Shown: positions 39,500 through 54,161 of the stretch, piece after piece | Layout: each line of letters begins with the position of its first letter | How positions within the stretch are numbered: the first letter of the stretch is position 1 | Program-made: the position numbers and the translations under genes | Assembly: GCA_951406725.2 (NCBI GenBank) | Contig: OX597818.1 | Coordinates: 12,152,001 to 12,216,000, forward strand | Length of the DNA stretch: 64,000 nucleotides | Origin: Octopus vulgaris | Taxonomy: Eukaryota | Direction: 5' to 3' | The notes under the pieces: model-generated | What the model saw: the letters and a program-made list of their open reading frames with translations, nothing else | What the model was told of the DNA's origin: nothing | The model's database searches: none

Positions 39500-40235
39500 C
39501 ACCATAGTTGGTAGTGTCTAGACTGAAATCAGAAGACTTCATTATAGCAACTCAGTATCAACCTCTGCCCATCAGAAACTACCGAACATGAATTTTTAAA
39601 ACGATCCTGCCTGTCCTTTTTGTGGGGCAGCTAGAGAAACAATTGTCTACCTCCTGGATACTCTATGTTAGCCTTAAATGAATATATTAATCACTATGAT
39701 AGACTTGGTCAATGTTGGCACCGGGTCATATGCCATAGGTCTGAACTCCCACATGAGAAGAACTGGTAGGGACATAATCTTGCACAAGAATTAGGAAATA
39801 ATGATATTACCATTTTTTTTTGGACTTGGTAATATTCAAACTGATCGTGCAGTTCAGGCAAATAGGTCTAATATTGTGGCAAAAATTCACATTGCCAAAA
39901 CAAGTCTACTCGTTGATATGTCAGTCACAGAAGACTGCAACACTTCTGTTAAACACGTTTGAAAGGTTAAGCAGATAAATGATCTTGATATCAAATTTTC
40001 AAAAATAATAGCAGTAACTGAACTTGTGATCTTTGGCCCTTTAGAAGTAATATCAAATTGTGGTCTTAGGCACTATGGTCTAATACCAGGAGACCTAGAA
40101 GCATCAGAATTACAAAACAATTGTTATCATGGGCACTATGAAGATTCTAAGAAAACCATTGTCAATTTAAAATACCTGATTGCCTTAAAAACTTTTTCAA
40201 AATCGAAAAATTACAAGTTAAGTAGAATAATAATT
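39500..40235 (+). pseudogene. Third, more decayed R4/Dong-like 3' fragment
   Basis: FIIATQYQPL...CPFCGAARETI...TDRAVQANRSNIV...LVDMSV. Confidence 0.7.
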
Positions 40236-40584
40236 CTCACATTTTGGTCTCTTTTGCTGACAATTGCTTAATTGTAAATAACACAAATAGCAAAATGTTC
40301 AACTTGCTGTTATTTGAGGTCTCTGAATGAGATTTGGAACAGCTCGGAGAGAACAAAGCAACGATTACGTAGACAGCAGCAGCAGCAGCAGCAACGATAA
40401 TAAAATATACTCTATAATTTTGACATAAGGCCAGCAATTTTGAGAAAGGGGCAAGTCGACTACATCGACCCCCACCGTTTGACCGGCACTTTGATTTTAT
40501 CAATCCAGAATAGATAAAATGAAATACTACAAACATTTTCTTCCGATCTCTCCTCCTCCTCCTCCTCCTCCTCCTCCCACCACC

Positions 40585-40690
<106 letters not shown>

Positions 40691-41531
40691 ATCAGGCAGC
40701 AGGTAAGAATGTAAATAATTAATGAAATAAAAAAAAATTATGCAAAAAAGTGAAAAAAAGAAAACCATGAAAAAAAAAAAAACTTCCGTCGGAAGACAAT
40801 AAATCCCGCGTTTTTTGTGAGAGGTGTTAAAAGAGATCAATAAAATAAATTACTTTGGGATTATACTCGTAGAAGCCTTTTTGCTTCTACAAAAACAAAC
40901 AACAAAAAAGAAACTCAAGAGCGACAACTCGAAAACAACAACTTGTTGAAAGCATTCCGGATAAAATATCTTGCGGTATAAAATCATAGCCCTTTAGTAT
41001 TCTGATTTCGTACTTTTCCACGTTCAACTTTGGGTATATCAATCGCAAGCCACTATTTGAGTGTCTTAATGCAGGGGAAGTAATTCCAAATTTACGAGAT
41101 TGCTCATAAGCTGAATAAGCATAAAATTGTTTCCCCTGCATCAACAACTCATTGGTGCAAGGGAGGCAACTTTCAGCTAAGTTTGCGTAACCAGCATTTT
41201 TTTGCATCCATTTCTGTCTTTTGATGTGTTACATCAATATATTTTCCTACGCTTCTTGGATTGTAGATTTTACTTACAGATGTATCTGCTGCTTCACAGA
41301 AAAGGTATTTAAAAATCACTCAGATTACACAACCAATCTATTTGTAAAAGCAAGGCTTTGGGAAATAATGTGTCCGCGATATGCCGTGTCTAAAACAAAA
41401 GACAGCAAGTAGGCATTCGGAATGAAGGGTTTTGACTCGTCTATTCGAGTATAGCTGACCTCAGACTAACCACAACGACGACACGATTTCATATAATTTG
41501 AATTCAAGTTCCTTGACTAAATAGCATTTTT

Positions 41532-41694
41532 AGGTGTGGCTGTGTGGTAAGAAGCTTGCAGTCCCACGGCGTAGCACCTTGAACAAGTGTCTTTTACTAT
41601 AGCCTCGGGTCGACCAAAGGCTTGTGGGTGGATTTGATAGACGGAAACTGAAAGAAGCCCATCGTACATGTGTATATGTATATATGTACATGTG

Positions 41695-41785
<91 letters not shown>

Positions 41786-41945
41786 CTGTATGTATATATT
41801 TCTGTGTGTCTTTGTGTTTGAGTTTATCCCCCAGCACTACTTGACAATCGATATTGGTGTATTTACATCCTCGTAACTTAACGGTTCGGCAAAAGAAACC
41901 GGTACAATTAGTTCGACTAAAATTCCTCAAGGTGGTGCCCCAACA
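41532..41945 (+). mobile_element. SINE family B
   Basis: gtggctgtgtggtaagaagcttg...gaaactgaaagaagcccatcg-(TA)n...ggtggtgccccaacatg. Confidence 0.8.
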
Positions 41946-42544
41946 TGACTCAGCTTCATACCACTTAGAGTTTCGTAGGCTGGTGGGACGAACCGATCTT
42001 ATTGAGTGCCATTTTCTTTCGTTTGTCCGACCACAGCCGCATGGCTGAAATGAGCAGAAGAGTAAATATACGTATACGATTTGAAGAAGCTACAAAACAA
42101 ATCGGACTAACATCAATGAAATGAGTGAGTTTATAGTTTTTCAATCAACAAAACGAAGACACAAAATCACCAATAGGAGTGAACTTCCTCCCGTCTGGTC
42201 GTTCACGGAATCACATGTTATATTATTAAGAGAAACCGTTAAATAACGCAGGTTTAAGATTGTGAGATGCTATAAGCGAAGAGAATATTACTATAGGAAT
42301 CGGTATATGGTGAAAGACGAGCGAAACCTTGTCTAACATATATACAACAGTTACTAGATTGAAGGCATGGGGAAATGAAGACCCTGTGCTGTAGAGATAA
42401 TAGAAGATGAGTAAAGAATTAAGGAAACTGGTCAATGGGATCCAAGTGCGTGTAACATGACACACAGGCGTCACACGAAATGTTTATGATTTTGCGCAAA
42501 TATCGAAATACAATACTGCTCGACGGATTAAGAGCTTTGTTTTT

Positions 42545-42868
<324 letters not shown>

Positions 42869-42872
42869 TATA

Positions 42873-43195
42873 TGTAGAAAATACAAACTGGGACAAGAAC
42901 GTAAAACATTTAGAAGACGATACAAAAAACACGGACGGGACATTCGAAGCCTTCAATCTTCAGTCAAGAACCGGATCATCCTCGCAATTTCGGCTGATTA
43001 ATCTTGAGATCGCTCCGATCCGGCCAGCCCCAAGGAAAAACTAAGCTACGAGCATTAGATTTCTTGGAAAAAGGATCGAATGTATACGAAACAAGGACAG
43101 AAAAACGGACGATGCCACACGAATATAAATACAAAAAACAATAATAGTAATAACAGGACAAAAACAGTAGGTGCCTTACGACAATAGACAGTACA
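42873..43195 (-). mobile_element. Family E repeat
   Basis: Homologous to 5678-6040. Confidence 0.65.
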
Positions 43196-43595
43196 ACTTA
43201 ATTTAGCGGGCGTATTTGGAAAAAAATGCCTTTTTCGGCAGACGAAGACAACGATGTTCTCGTGGCGTTGGTTAGAAACCGAAAGGCTGGTTGACCAGCG
43301 GTCACGTGAGAGGAGAAAAAAAAGGGGGGCAAAGGAATCAAAGAGAGAGAGAGAAAAAGAGGGACGAAGGCACCAAAGGGGGGGGGGGCAGAAAGAGAAA
43401 GAAGGAATTAAAGAGGGGAGAAGAAAGAGAGCGTGCCAAGGATTGGCTTGGCGACAGAATTAGTGAGGTGCAAAGTGAGAAAGACCTTTTTCGAGTAGCG
43501 TGCATATTGTGAAAAAATTATCTGGTTAATGGACAATATGTCCAATTTTTCGGCATATCTTGCATTAGAAATTTTTTCGTTTTCCCTTAAATATG

Positions 43596-43645
<50 letters not shown>

Positions 43646-43979
43646 GCAGAGTCCACTCAAAATATGTATACACACTTCAGGAAAGGAAAAAATATGTATA
43701 AATGTTTAACTTCAATAAGCACCTTTATACATGCATAACTTTTATCAGATTGCGATAACACTGAATGAATTGAATTTTCAGGAAAGGAAAAATCTGTATA
43801 AATTAAGGAAACTGGTCAATGGGATCCAAGTGCGTGTAACATGACACACACGCGTCTCACAAAATGTTTATGATTTTGCACAAATATCGAAATACAATAC
43901 TGCACAACGGATTAACAGTTAAAGTCATTACACTGTGGCCATGCTACGTATGTATTCTGCATATTCATGTGTTTGTGTG

Positions 43980-44012
<33 letters not shown>

Positions 44013-44149
44013 ACCTCTGTCTCTTTGTTTGTAAGTATTCTGCATATTCATGTGTGTGTGTGTGTGCGTGTGTGTGTATTATTTTTATCGAGTTATCTTG
44101 GATAAATATCCTCATAAGTGGTTTAAATATTCTCATTGTAACTATCTAC

Positions 44150-44619
<470 letters not shown>

Positions 44620-44624
<5 letters not shown>

Positions 44625-45083
44625 GGCAAAATGTCTGTCTGTGTGTGTATATCCTTTATACAAATCCACAATTTTTCAGGTAGAGGCTCGCACTTTCTAT
44701 GGCCATTCAAAACCCTCCAAAGGTGCTTGTGAAGATCTTTTCATTTCCCCAGTTACCCCTGAAAGCCATTTTAAAAAATCAATAAACCGACCCCTTATGT
44801 TTCAGGTAACAAAACTCTTTAATACAAGGGACGTAACTCCAGCAGTTTAATCTAACGATATTAAACCATAGCAAGGGAAATAACTCTTTAAAACTCTGCA
44901 TTTTCCTCCCTTCGTTATGTATCACACCTCTTTGGCTTTCAAACATGCACGTTTTTTGATTTGAGAAATGCAGGGAATAAATAACGAGTTAGACCAAGTG
45001 AATGACAAGAGAGCGGAATTTTCATAAAAGACCAAATATGCTTGACTAGCACTAGACCCAACAACGCTGGGTCATAGTGCTAA
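44620..45083 (+). mobile_element. Probable non-autonomous Helitron
   Basis: Starts after (TA)n with aaacggcaaaatgtctgtc. Ends with hairpin acccaacaacgctgggt and then ctaat (CTRR-like). Confidence 0.5.
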
Positions 45084-45531
45084 TATATATATGTATATAT
45101 ATATATAAAACTCAACTTGTGTGACTGTGTGTGTATCTGTGTATGTGTCTGTGTTTAACTTCCCGGCACATCTCCTCCTAGCCAACAAATCGTAGAACCA
45201 CCAAAAATGGATCACTTAAAGTTTAGGCGAATGAAAATTGAACTTCGCTATTTCTGTTCCGAAATTCATCTCGCAAGTGCAAAAATCGATAATGTGTTTG
45301 TTTAGGCCTTTTCCCGTGCATTGAATAGCGAACTTTACTCAGTCAGCTGTTTGACGTAAACTGTGTTCACCACACGTGCAAGCATGCGTAAATTGCATGA
45401 AAAATAAAAAATCAAGATATAAAAACGAATCGCTGTAAACATTGTGGAAATTTGGCAAAGAAATGAATTTTCGGGATGTAGCCTGGAGGGTTTTTTCGTA
45501 TTGATATATATATATATATATATATATATAT

Positions 45532-45724
<193 letters not shown>

Positions 45725-45931
45725 GATAAATCTCAGAGCGAGTTATAAACAGTAGCGGGAACACATCGTGACGTATATTTGCCATTTGAATATGGCTAAC
45801 CCCTAAGGGTGGATGCTACTGTAGTTTGTAGCCCCAGGAAGACACCTCCTCCAGCTGGCTATAGACACACTTTCTGTGCCCTATCAATATTTATGAAGGG
45901 AAGTCATCCTTCCCGTCTTCAACTTATGATA

Positions 45932-45976
45932 CACACGGACTCATGTTTCAAGGTATTGACCTATCATCGGCGTGTG
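45932..45976 (-). ncRNA. Type I hammerhead ribozyme (inverted copy, loop III ATGA)
   Basis: Minus strand reads cacacg-CCGATGA-tAGGT-caat-ACCTt-GAAAC-atga-GTC-cgtgtg. Confidence 0.7.
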
Positions 45977-46218
45977 ACAATCATAGTTGTCGACGAGGTG
46001 TCTTCCTGGGGCTACAAACTACAGTAGCATCCACCCTTAGGGGTTAGCCATATTCAAATGACAAATATACGTCACGATGTGTTGCCGCTACTGTTTATAA
46101 CTCGCTCTGAGATTTATCATTGTTTGATTTCACTTTTTCAATATCAGTGTCAATCGATACTGGAAAAAGTATATATATTTGTGAGGGAAACTGACTTCTC
46201 GTCTACAACTGTGATTGT

Positions 46219-46263
46219 CACACGCCGATGATAGGTCAATACCTTGAAACTCGAGTCCGTGTG
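46219..46263 (+). ncRNA. Type I hammerhead ribozyme, unit 1
   Basis: cacacg-CCGATGA-tAGGT-caat-ACCTt-GAAAC-tcga-GTC-cgtgtg. Predicted cut after 46257. Confidence 0.8.
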
Positions 46264-46568
46264 TATCATAAGTTGAAGACGGGAAGGATGACTTCCCTTC
46301 GCAAATACTGATAGGGCACGGAAAGTGTGTCTATAGCCAGCTGGAGGAGGTGTCTTCCTGGGGCTACAAACTACAGTAGCATCCACCCTTAGGTTAGCCA
46401 TATTCAAATGGCAAATATACGTCACGATGTGTTGCCGCTACTGTTTATAACTCGCTCAGAGATTTATCATTGTTTGATTTCACTTTTTCAATATCAGTGT
46501 CAATCGATACTGGAAAAAGTATATATATTTGTGAGGGAAACTGACTTCTCGTCGACAACTATGATTGT

Positions 46569-46613
46569 CACACGCCGATGATAGGTCAATACCTTGAAAC
46601 TCGAGTCCGTGTA
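46569..46613 (+). ncRNA. Type I hammerhead ribozyme, unit 2
   Basis: Same core 350 nt downstream. Predicted cut after 46607. Confidence 0.8.
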
Positions 46614-46774
46614 TATCATAAGTTGAAGACGGGAAGAATGACTTCCCTTCACAAATACTGATAGGGCACAGAAAGTGTGTCTATAGCCAGCTGGAGGAGG
46701 TGTCTTCCTGGGGCTACAAACTACAGTAGCATCTACCCTTAGAGGTTAGCCATATTCAAATGGCAAATATACGT

Positions 46775-46852
<78 letters not shown>

Positions 46853-47119
46853 TGTATGATAGAAGAAGGCTAACTCTTCCTTCCGTAGAAGAAAAAATTC
46901 AAATCGGACCATGTTAACACCAAAAATTATTTACATCAAAAAGGTGCCTTTTTTCTATGAAGATCCCTATTTTTTTACGATGTTTTGACTGCTGTGTCGC
47001 CATTTTTCTGTGTATTTCACTTAAAGAGAATAACAAGCTACATACTGCCAAATTTTTACTTTTCAAAATTCCAATTTTAAAGGGTCTAAACAAACCGCAA
47101 CGCCGGGCGATACTGCCAG

Positions 47120-47207
<88 letters not shown>

Positions 47208-47474
47208 AATGGCCAGAACGGAGCGATCTCAAGATTAATCAGCCGAAATTGCGAGGATGATCCGGTTCTTGACTGAAGATTGAAGTGCCTTTTGTATCGT
47301 CTTCTAAATGTTTTACGTTCTTGTCCCAGTTTGTATTTTTCTACATATAATATATATAGCGGCGCCCATACCCTCTTTGGCCTTGTATGTAAGTACATAA
47401 ATTTGGTACGACTCTATAACACTGTCTCTCTCTCCTACATTTCTCTGCCTTTCACACTTTGCACTCTACTTTGA

Positions 47475-47541
<67 letters not shown>

Positions 47542-47574
47542 CTCCTCCTTCTTTCTCACTGAGACAGACAGAAA

Positions 47575-47653
47575 GACAGAAATTTCTAAAACATTCCATT
47601 ATTACTATATCGGACCGATATGGTATTAATGGAATGTTTTAGAAATTTCTGTC
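47575..47653. repeat. 79-bp near-perfect hairpin
   Basis: gacagaaatttctaaaacattccatta...tatcgg-a-ccgata...taatggaatgttttagaaatttctgtc, centre 47614. Confidence 0.85.
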
Positions 47654-47876
47654 GACCTTTTTTCGAGTAGCGTGCATATTGTGAAAAAATTATATGGTTA
47701 ATGGACAATATGTCCAATTTTTCGGCATATCTGGCGTTAGAAATTTTTTCGTTTGCCCTTAATTGTGAATTGTTTATAGATTTAACCTTTAAAGGTATTT
47801 TTTGATATGCTGGCCATTGATAAAATTTTTTTTGAAAAAGAATATATTTTTTTCGAAAAAAATTTTATCCTTCATT

Positions 47877-47907
<31 letters not shown>

Positions 47908-47910
<3 letters not shown>

Positions 47911-48055
47911 GATAGGCTTCTTCCAGTTTCCTTCTACCAAGTCCACTCACAAGGCTTTGGTCGACCCGAGGCCATAGTTGCCCAAAGGGCCACGCAGTAG
48001 GACCGTACCCGGAATCATGTTGTTGGGAAACAGACTTTTTACCTCACAGCCAACT
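47908..48055 (-). mobile_element. SINE family B 5' half
   Basis: Reverse complement of the family B head, up to the internal microsatellite. Confidence 0.75.
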
Positions 48056-48570
48056 ACTAAAGATGTATATTCGGCTTCGGTTAATGGGTTTAACTAATAA
48101 GAATTTCGGAAACATTATATTTTTAAATAATAAACTAAAGTAGAAACAGAATACTTTTCGATGATCTCGAAAAAAATCTGATTATCATTAAACTATAATA
48201 AGACGTGTGAAAACAAATATGTAATTACTATGCATACTAATTAAACACAGCAAGTGACGAGAGTTATTTTGTCGAAAGCCTGTTACCAATGATGTTATCG
48301 TTTACTATTGAAATAATATAAAATTTCTAGTGATATATTAAATAAAGAAAGAAATCTTCAGTTTCATAAATTGACACATACTGTTGGATTACAATATAGA
48401 AACAATAACTTTCAAACGAATATAAACGTTTCAAATGCCATAGAAAAAAAAAATAGATATGACGCGTTAAGAGTTATTTCCCTTTCTGAAGTTATTTCGT
48501 AATCCTCGCTTTAAACTTTCCCAAAACGCGTAAAATAAGCTTAAACTTCATATATTTTTCTTTATACTGA

Positions 48571-48631
<61 letters not shown>

Positions 48632-48635
<4 letters not shown>

Positions 48636-48840
48636 TAGGTCCATAGTCCAGGTTCAACAAAAAGAGCACTCCATGTAACGAGAATAAATATTGTTTTTTT
48701 ATGACCACCTCACATGTGTGGCCCACGCTACTAAAAGTTTCACGCACATGGAACCCATGTACATTCTTCAGGCGACATGGGTTCCATGTGTGTGAAACTT
48801 TTAGTAGCGTGGGCCACACATGTGAGGTGGTCATAAAAAA
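48632..48840 (-). mobile_element. Fold-back element with 66-bp arms (48695-48760 and 48775-48840) between TA-rich tracts
   Basis: Arms differ at about one position. The 14-nt spacer holds the HHR core. Confidence 0.8.
48726..48774 (-). ncRNA. Type I hammerhead ribozyme with truncated stem I
   Basis: Minus strand reads cgc-CTGAAGA-ATGTACATGG-gtt-CCATGTGCGT-GAAAC-tttta-GTA-gcg, with a 10-bp stem II including G.U pairs. Confidence 0.7.
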
Positions 48841-49382
48841 CTATATGTATATATATATATCTTTCGTTTTTGGATTTGGTTTGCGAGGATTCTTTATGTG
48901 AGTTCGTGTGTTGAAGCATATTCTGTTGTGTCTGGGGAAAGTCATTCTCTTTTAGTACCTTATTATTTAACACAGTCACCGGTAAAATTTCCACTCATTT
49001 CCTTATTTATTTTTCTAAAATTTTCGTTGCGTCTTGCAACCTTTTCAATAGTTGTTGACTCTGTCCATTATTCAAGCTGCATTTTTTTGGTTTGTTTGTG
49101 CGCATGTGTGTGGGTCAGTGTGTGTCCGCATGTGTGTGTGTGCGTATGTATATATGTATGTATGTGTGTACGTCGTTTGTATGTATGTATGTATTCTGCA
49201 TATTCATGTGTTTGCGTGTTTTTATGTGTATGTGTGTACTTCTGTCTCCTTGTGTGTGTATGTGTGTGTATGTCTGTGACACACTCGATTTATATACTTC
49301 GACTTGAAAATTAAGATCACGATAACGAATAATGATAGCAAGAACATTACATTCTATATAGCACAATTAATAATTAATAGTG

Positions 49383-49675
49383 AAGCGGCGAGCTGGCAGC
49401 TTCGTTAGCACACTGGGCTGGCAACATTTCGTCTGTCTTTATATTCTGAGTTCAAATGTCGTCAGGATCAACTTTGCCTTTCATCCTTTCGGGGTCGATA
49501 AAATAAGGACCAGTTGAACACTTTTGTCAATGTAATCGACTTACTCCCTCACCCCACAAAATGGTGTATTCGTGCCAAAATGTGAACCCATTAGCGGCAT
49601 TTCTTCCATCTTTACGTCCTGAGTTCAAATTCCGCCTCCCCCGAAATTGCTACCCCTGTGCCAAGATTTGAAAGC
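49383..49675 (+). mobile_element. SINE family A (degenerate)
   Basis: gcggcgagctggcag...ctttgcctttcatcctttcggggtcgataaaataag. Confidence 0.75.
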
Positions 49676-50299
49676 AATGTGTATATTCCTGTACTTGTTT
49701 CAATCATTAAACCTATTTTAAAACCAGATACTTATTCTATCTGTTTCTTTTTACCGAGCCGCTAAGTTAAGAGCAAGCGGTTGTGGGACAAACACAATCG
49801 TAGACCCGAAGATACACACATACACACACATATGCACATACGCGGGAACACACACACACACGCGCGCACACATACATGCATACATGCATACATACATACA
49901 TATATACATACATATATATATATACAGTCACACATTATATACACAGACGAGTTTGTGTGTGTGTGTGTGTGTGTGTAACAGCAGCCGCAATACACCTAAC
50001 AAGAATGATATGACCACCGTCACGACTAAAATTGCCACCCATTATCACCGACACCAACACGAAAACAGACACCATCATTACCACTACAGCCCACCAACTG
50101 TTGAATAGTTAACTGACAACAACAATAGAAATAAGACAACAATTTTTGCTCTCCTTCAACAGTGTTTCCCTTGTGCTGTTCTTTTTTTTACTACACATTT
50201 GTTACGGATAATTGCTGATCTTTGGCGCTGTTAGATTTACCTACAATTCATGTTGTCTGAAAAGAAGCTATCAAGTGGAACTGAATGCAGTGGTGCAAA

Positions 50300-51450
50300 A
50301 AGGAACAATACGAGTATTGAAAATGGATATCAAACTAGATGTTATATAAAGAGTTGATGCGAGAGGAAAAAATCAATCACATTGCCAAAACAGTAAAGCT
50401 GATAGCGTTAACAGTAAAATCTATATGTAACCAGAGAGAAAAGTCCAGGGTTCCAGAAACTACTCCGATAACTGGTCAAACCTTATGTTTTCATAGACCT
50501 AATGTAATGCTTAAAGGGAACCGGCCCTTGAGTGTCTGGAAAAGGGATAAGACTTAACATATTGTAGCGATCAGCATGATGGTGATAATAAAGCTAAACG
50601 TTTGTTCGATGGTTTGCAGTGAAACGAATGTCAAACTTTTAGCGGAAAAAAAATTCGGCTTCTAAAGGCTGATTTGAAATGATTAAGAAGTATTTAAATT
50701 TGTTGAACATTATAAAAAAAAATGATGAAGCTGCCTGTACTAATACAGAAGTTGCTACGTCGCTGATACAGAGACAGAATAGAAAACAATCACTAAATGG
50801 TGATACACACAAGAGGAAAAAGTACTTTTATTTGTCGGGAAGAAAAGTCAACACAATGATTTAAAGCTTCCAAAAATTTCTGACGTTTTTTTCTTGGTGA
50901 AAATGTGCTAATGATAAGAAATTAACATCACTCCTCGTTTATCAGTTCAAAAGCACAAAGGTTTTCAAGAGTTGCGCAAAGTTAGATATCTTCTGATTTG
51001 GCATTCAAATAAGTAGGAACACATAATTAAGAAGAGTGGTTAATACTTTTTGTTCTGCTGTTGAAAAATAGAGTGCCAGACATATTTCCAACAAAGCCTT
51101 CTTCATTTTAAGTTTTGAATCAAACCATATAATAAAGCTTTGAACCTTGAGAAGGATAATCCTAGGAAGATCGCTTAATAAACCAACTATAAAATGAAGC
51201 CAAATTATCGACAGAGTTCGCTGATTTATTTCAATCTCGAACAATTAACAAAGCAACCGACTTAGACTGATTATATGTCGCAGGCGCTGTGCTGTATTCT
51301 TGTTGCTTAGTTCATAAATCTGTAAAGTGGTACAACTCAGCGCATGAAGTAATGGCAGCATTTTCGGAAAGGTTAAAAAATTTTTTTTAGTATAAGAGCT
51401 TGTGTATTAAAAAAAAACAAATGTACGGCTCATTGAGTGAAGCATTAGCA
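50300..51450 (+). pseudogene. Possible very decayed hAT transposase remnant
   Basis: Weak motif echoes only: ITGQ...NVMLKG (about 50470-50520) and FISSKAQ (about 50940). Confidence 0.25.
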
Positions 51451-51493
51451 ACACTGAATAACTGACGACTGTTTCATTTATTATATTACATTA

Positions 51494-51890
51494 AGGCGGC
51501 GAGCTGGTAGAAACGTTAGCACGCCGGGCGAAAGGCGTAGTCGTATTTCGTCTGCCGCTACGTTCTGAGTTCAAATTCCGCCGAGGTCGACTTTGCCTTT
51601 CATCCTTTCGGGGTCGATTAAATATAAGTACCAGTTACGCACTGGGGTTGATATAATCGACTTAATCCGTGTGTCTGTCCTTGTTTGCTCTCTCTGTGTT
51701 TAGCCCCTTGTGGGTAGTAAAGAAATAGGTACTTCGTTTGCCGCTACGTTCTGAGTTCAAATTCCGCCGAGGTCGACATTGCCTTTCATCCTTTCGGGGT
51801 CGATTAAATAAGTACCAGTTACGCACTGGGGTCGATATAATCGATTGGCTCCTTCCCCCTAAATTTAGGGCCTTGAACTTAGCGTAGAAA
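51494..51890 (+). mobile_element. SINE family A with one internal tandem duplication
   Basis: Head ggcggcgagctggtagaaacgttagc. The unit restarts after aaagaaatagg at about 51728. Confidence 0.85.
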
Positions 51891-52779
51891 AAAAAAAGAA
51901 TTATATTACATTAATTATATTACATTAATAATCATATAATTATTGCTTGATTTCAAAAGTAGACAAACATCATCCTTTGTTGTCCTTCGGCAAGACTGAA
52001 CAATCAGTCCCAGCCAGCACGAGTTGTTCTATTCATACTTTCGATCACTGAATACGAAACGTAGCTCGCAAGATCACTGTTCGGGAGATTTTACTGAGTT
52101 ACCGTTTCCCCCCTTGTACGCCAGGTCGTCTTAAGGTTATCGATTTACAGCGGAGTAGACTGGAGCAACGTGAAAATAAGTATTTTGCCAAACAACACAT
52201 TGCTCAGCCGGTCTGGGAAACGAAATCACGATTTCGCGATCGTGACTGCAACGCCTTAACCACTAAGCAAACTTCATCCATTGCAGCATCCATAATCAAA
52301 TATAGTCTCGCGGGCGGGTGATCAGCTCTGGTTATAGGTGGAATTTACATTTCTAGATGGAATTTGAAAGCTATAACAGATATTACAAGGCCAATCACTT
52401 GACCAATCTGCTGTCCTGAACTTGCTCTTTTTTTTTATTGATCACGAAATAATGAACGACAATGTTGATCTGGGGTCGGGGGATAGCGACTTCTGATGCA
52501 GACAGCCAGAGCAAATAGGACAAGGGATTTTATCAGACAACATTTTTACCCATTCACCAATTCGCATTTATAAATTATATTCAAAGAGATCTTAAAGAAT
52601 GTATAGTCGAGCCACACAGCGATCTAGATTGCCTTTAGCCATAATTGGCTGATGTTAAATACGCTATGTTTGTTAATCTTCCAGCCGAGAATTAAAATAA
52701 AAGCAGAATTAATCTCGGCTGGACTTGAACTCAGAACGTAAAGAACCGGAAACGATAACAATTAATGTTAACAAAATAT

Positions 52780-53180
52780 TTGTTTCTTTATTACCCACAA
52801 GGAGCTAAATATAGAGGGGACAAACAAGGACAGACAAACGGATTAAGTGCGTAATTGGTACTTAATTCATCGACCCCGGAAGGATGAAAGGCAAAGTCGA
52901 CCTCGGCGGAATTTGAACTCAGAACGTAACGGCAGACGAAATACGGCTACGCATTCCGCCCGGCGTGCTAACAAAATATTGGTTTCAAAAGCTAGCATGT
53001 TCGTGAGAAGAGCTAAGTCGATTATATTAACCCTAGTATTCAACTGGTACTTAATTTATCGACGCCCAAAAGGATGAATGGCAAAGTCGACTTTGGCGGC
53101 ATTTGAACTCAGAATGTAAAGATAGACGAAATGTTGCTAAGCATTTTATCCGGAGTGCTAATGGTTCTACCACCTCGCCG
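52780..53180 (-). mobile_element. Two SINE family A copies
   Basis: Reverse-complement family A motifs. Confidence 0.75.
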
Positions 53181-53687
53181 CATTATTAGCCACGAAATAT
53201 TAAATTCTGTCAAATTATTAGTAATATGGCATTCAAAATAGTATAAAGTCATTGCAATTAAGATATTTCAGGAGTTTTAATTAACTGTATCTTTTAACCC
53301 ATGTAATTTCATTAACAATTATTGTATGGAAGGATTCTATTTATCACATATAACCTTCCGCTGATTTTTGATGCATGGCGTATAATATAATACATGAGAT
53401 ATGTTCTGGTTTCTCATAGCCTGCAAAATAACCTTTTTATCAGGGGCCTGAAGGATATGATCATATATTTCTGAGTTAAGTTTTCTTATGAAGATTCATT
53501 GCCAACGAGGAAGCCTTTACATAATTATATCAAAATTACAGAGCAAAGTGCTTTTTAAACGAACATATTGACAGCATAGTACTAGATACATTGTGGCTTA
53601 CTCGGGATGGTTAAAGCATGTCTACCTTTGATATAGGTCTGCCCGAATAGGGTCTACCTCGCATTAAACAACAACAGCAACAACAGT

Positions 53688-53872
53688 GGAGGCGCAATGG
53701 TCAAGTGGTTAGGGCAGCGGACTCGCGGTCGTAAGAACGCGATTTTGATTCCCAGATCGGGCATTGTGTGTTTATTGAGCAAAAACACCTAAGCTCCACG
53801 ACGCTCCGGCGGAGGAGGGTGGTGAACCCTGCTATACCCTTTCACCACAACTTTCTCTCACTCTTTCTTCCT
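53688..53872 (+). mobile_element. SINE family C
   Basis: ggaggcgcaatggtcaagtggttagggcagcggactcgcggtcg...gattcccaga. Confidence 0.8.
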
Positions 53873-54161
53873 ACTTCTGCACAAATCCGAGGAAACATGG
53901 GGTAACCCATTATGGTGTGGTAAACTTTCAGACCCTAGTCTAGATTGAGAATCCTCTGTACCTCAGGATGGTTCGGCTCTCCACCCGTTAAAAGCCACCG
54001 TTTACAGAATGAGGATAGCAACGTAGCTTTCGCGCCCGTGCAACCACCAGTCTATCGCGTGTGGTGGGTAGATCTTCAAGTTGCCACACGCATTCTTAGT
54101 AACTTAGAGTAGGCTCGAATTAGAGATTATTCTTTGTGGCTAATGGCGTGAGTCCTGATTG

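Noticed and set aside
42935-42970. Family E CTGAAGA...CGAATGTC as a functional hammerhead
   Set aside because: GAAT replaces GAAA and no pairing stem I is found, so it is kept only as a degenerate motif.
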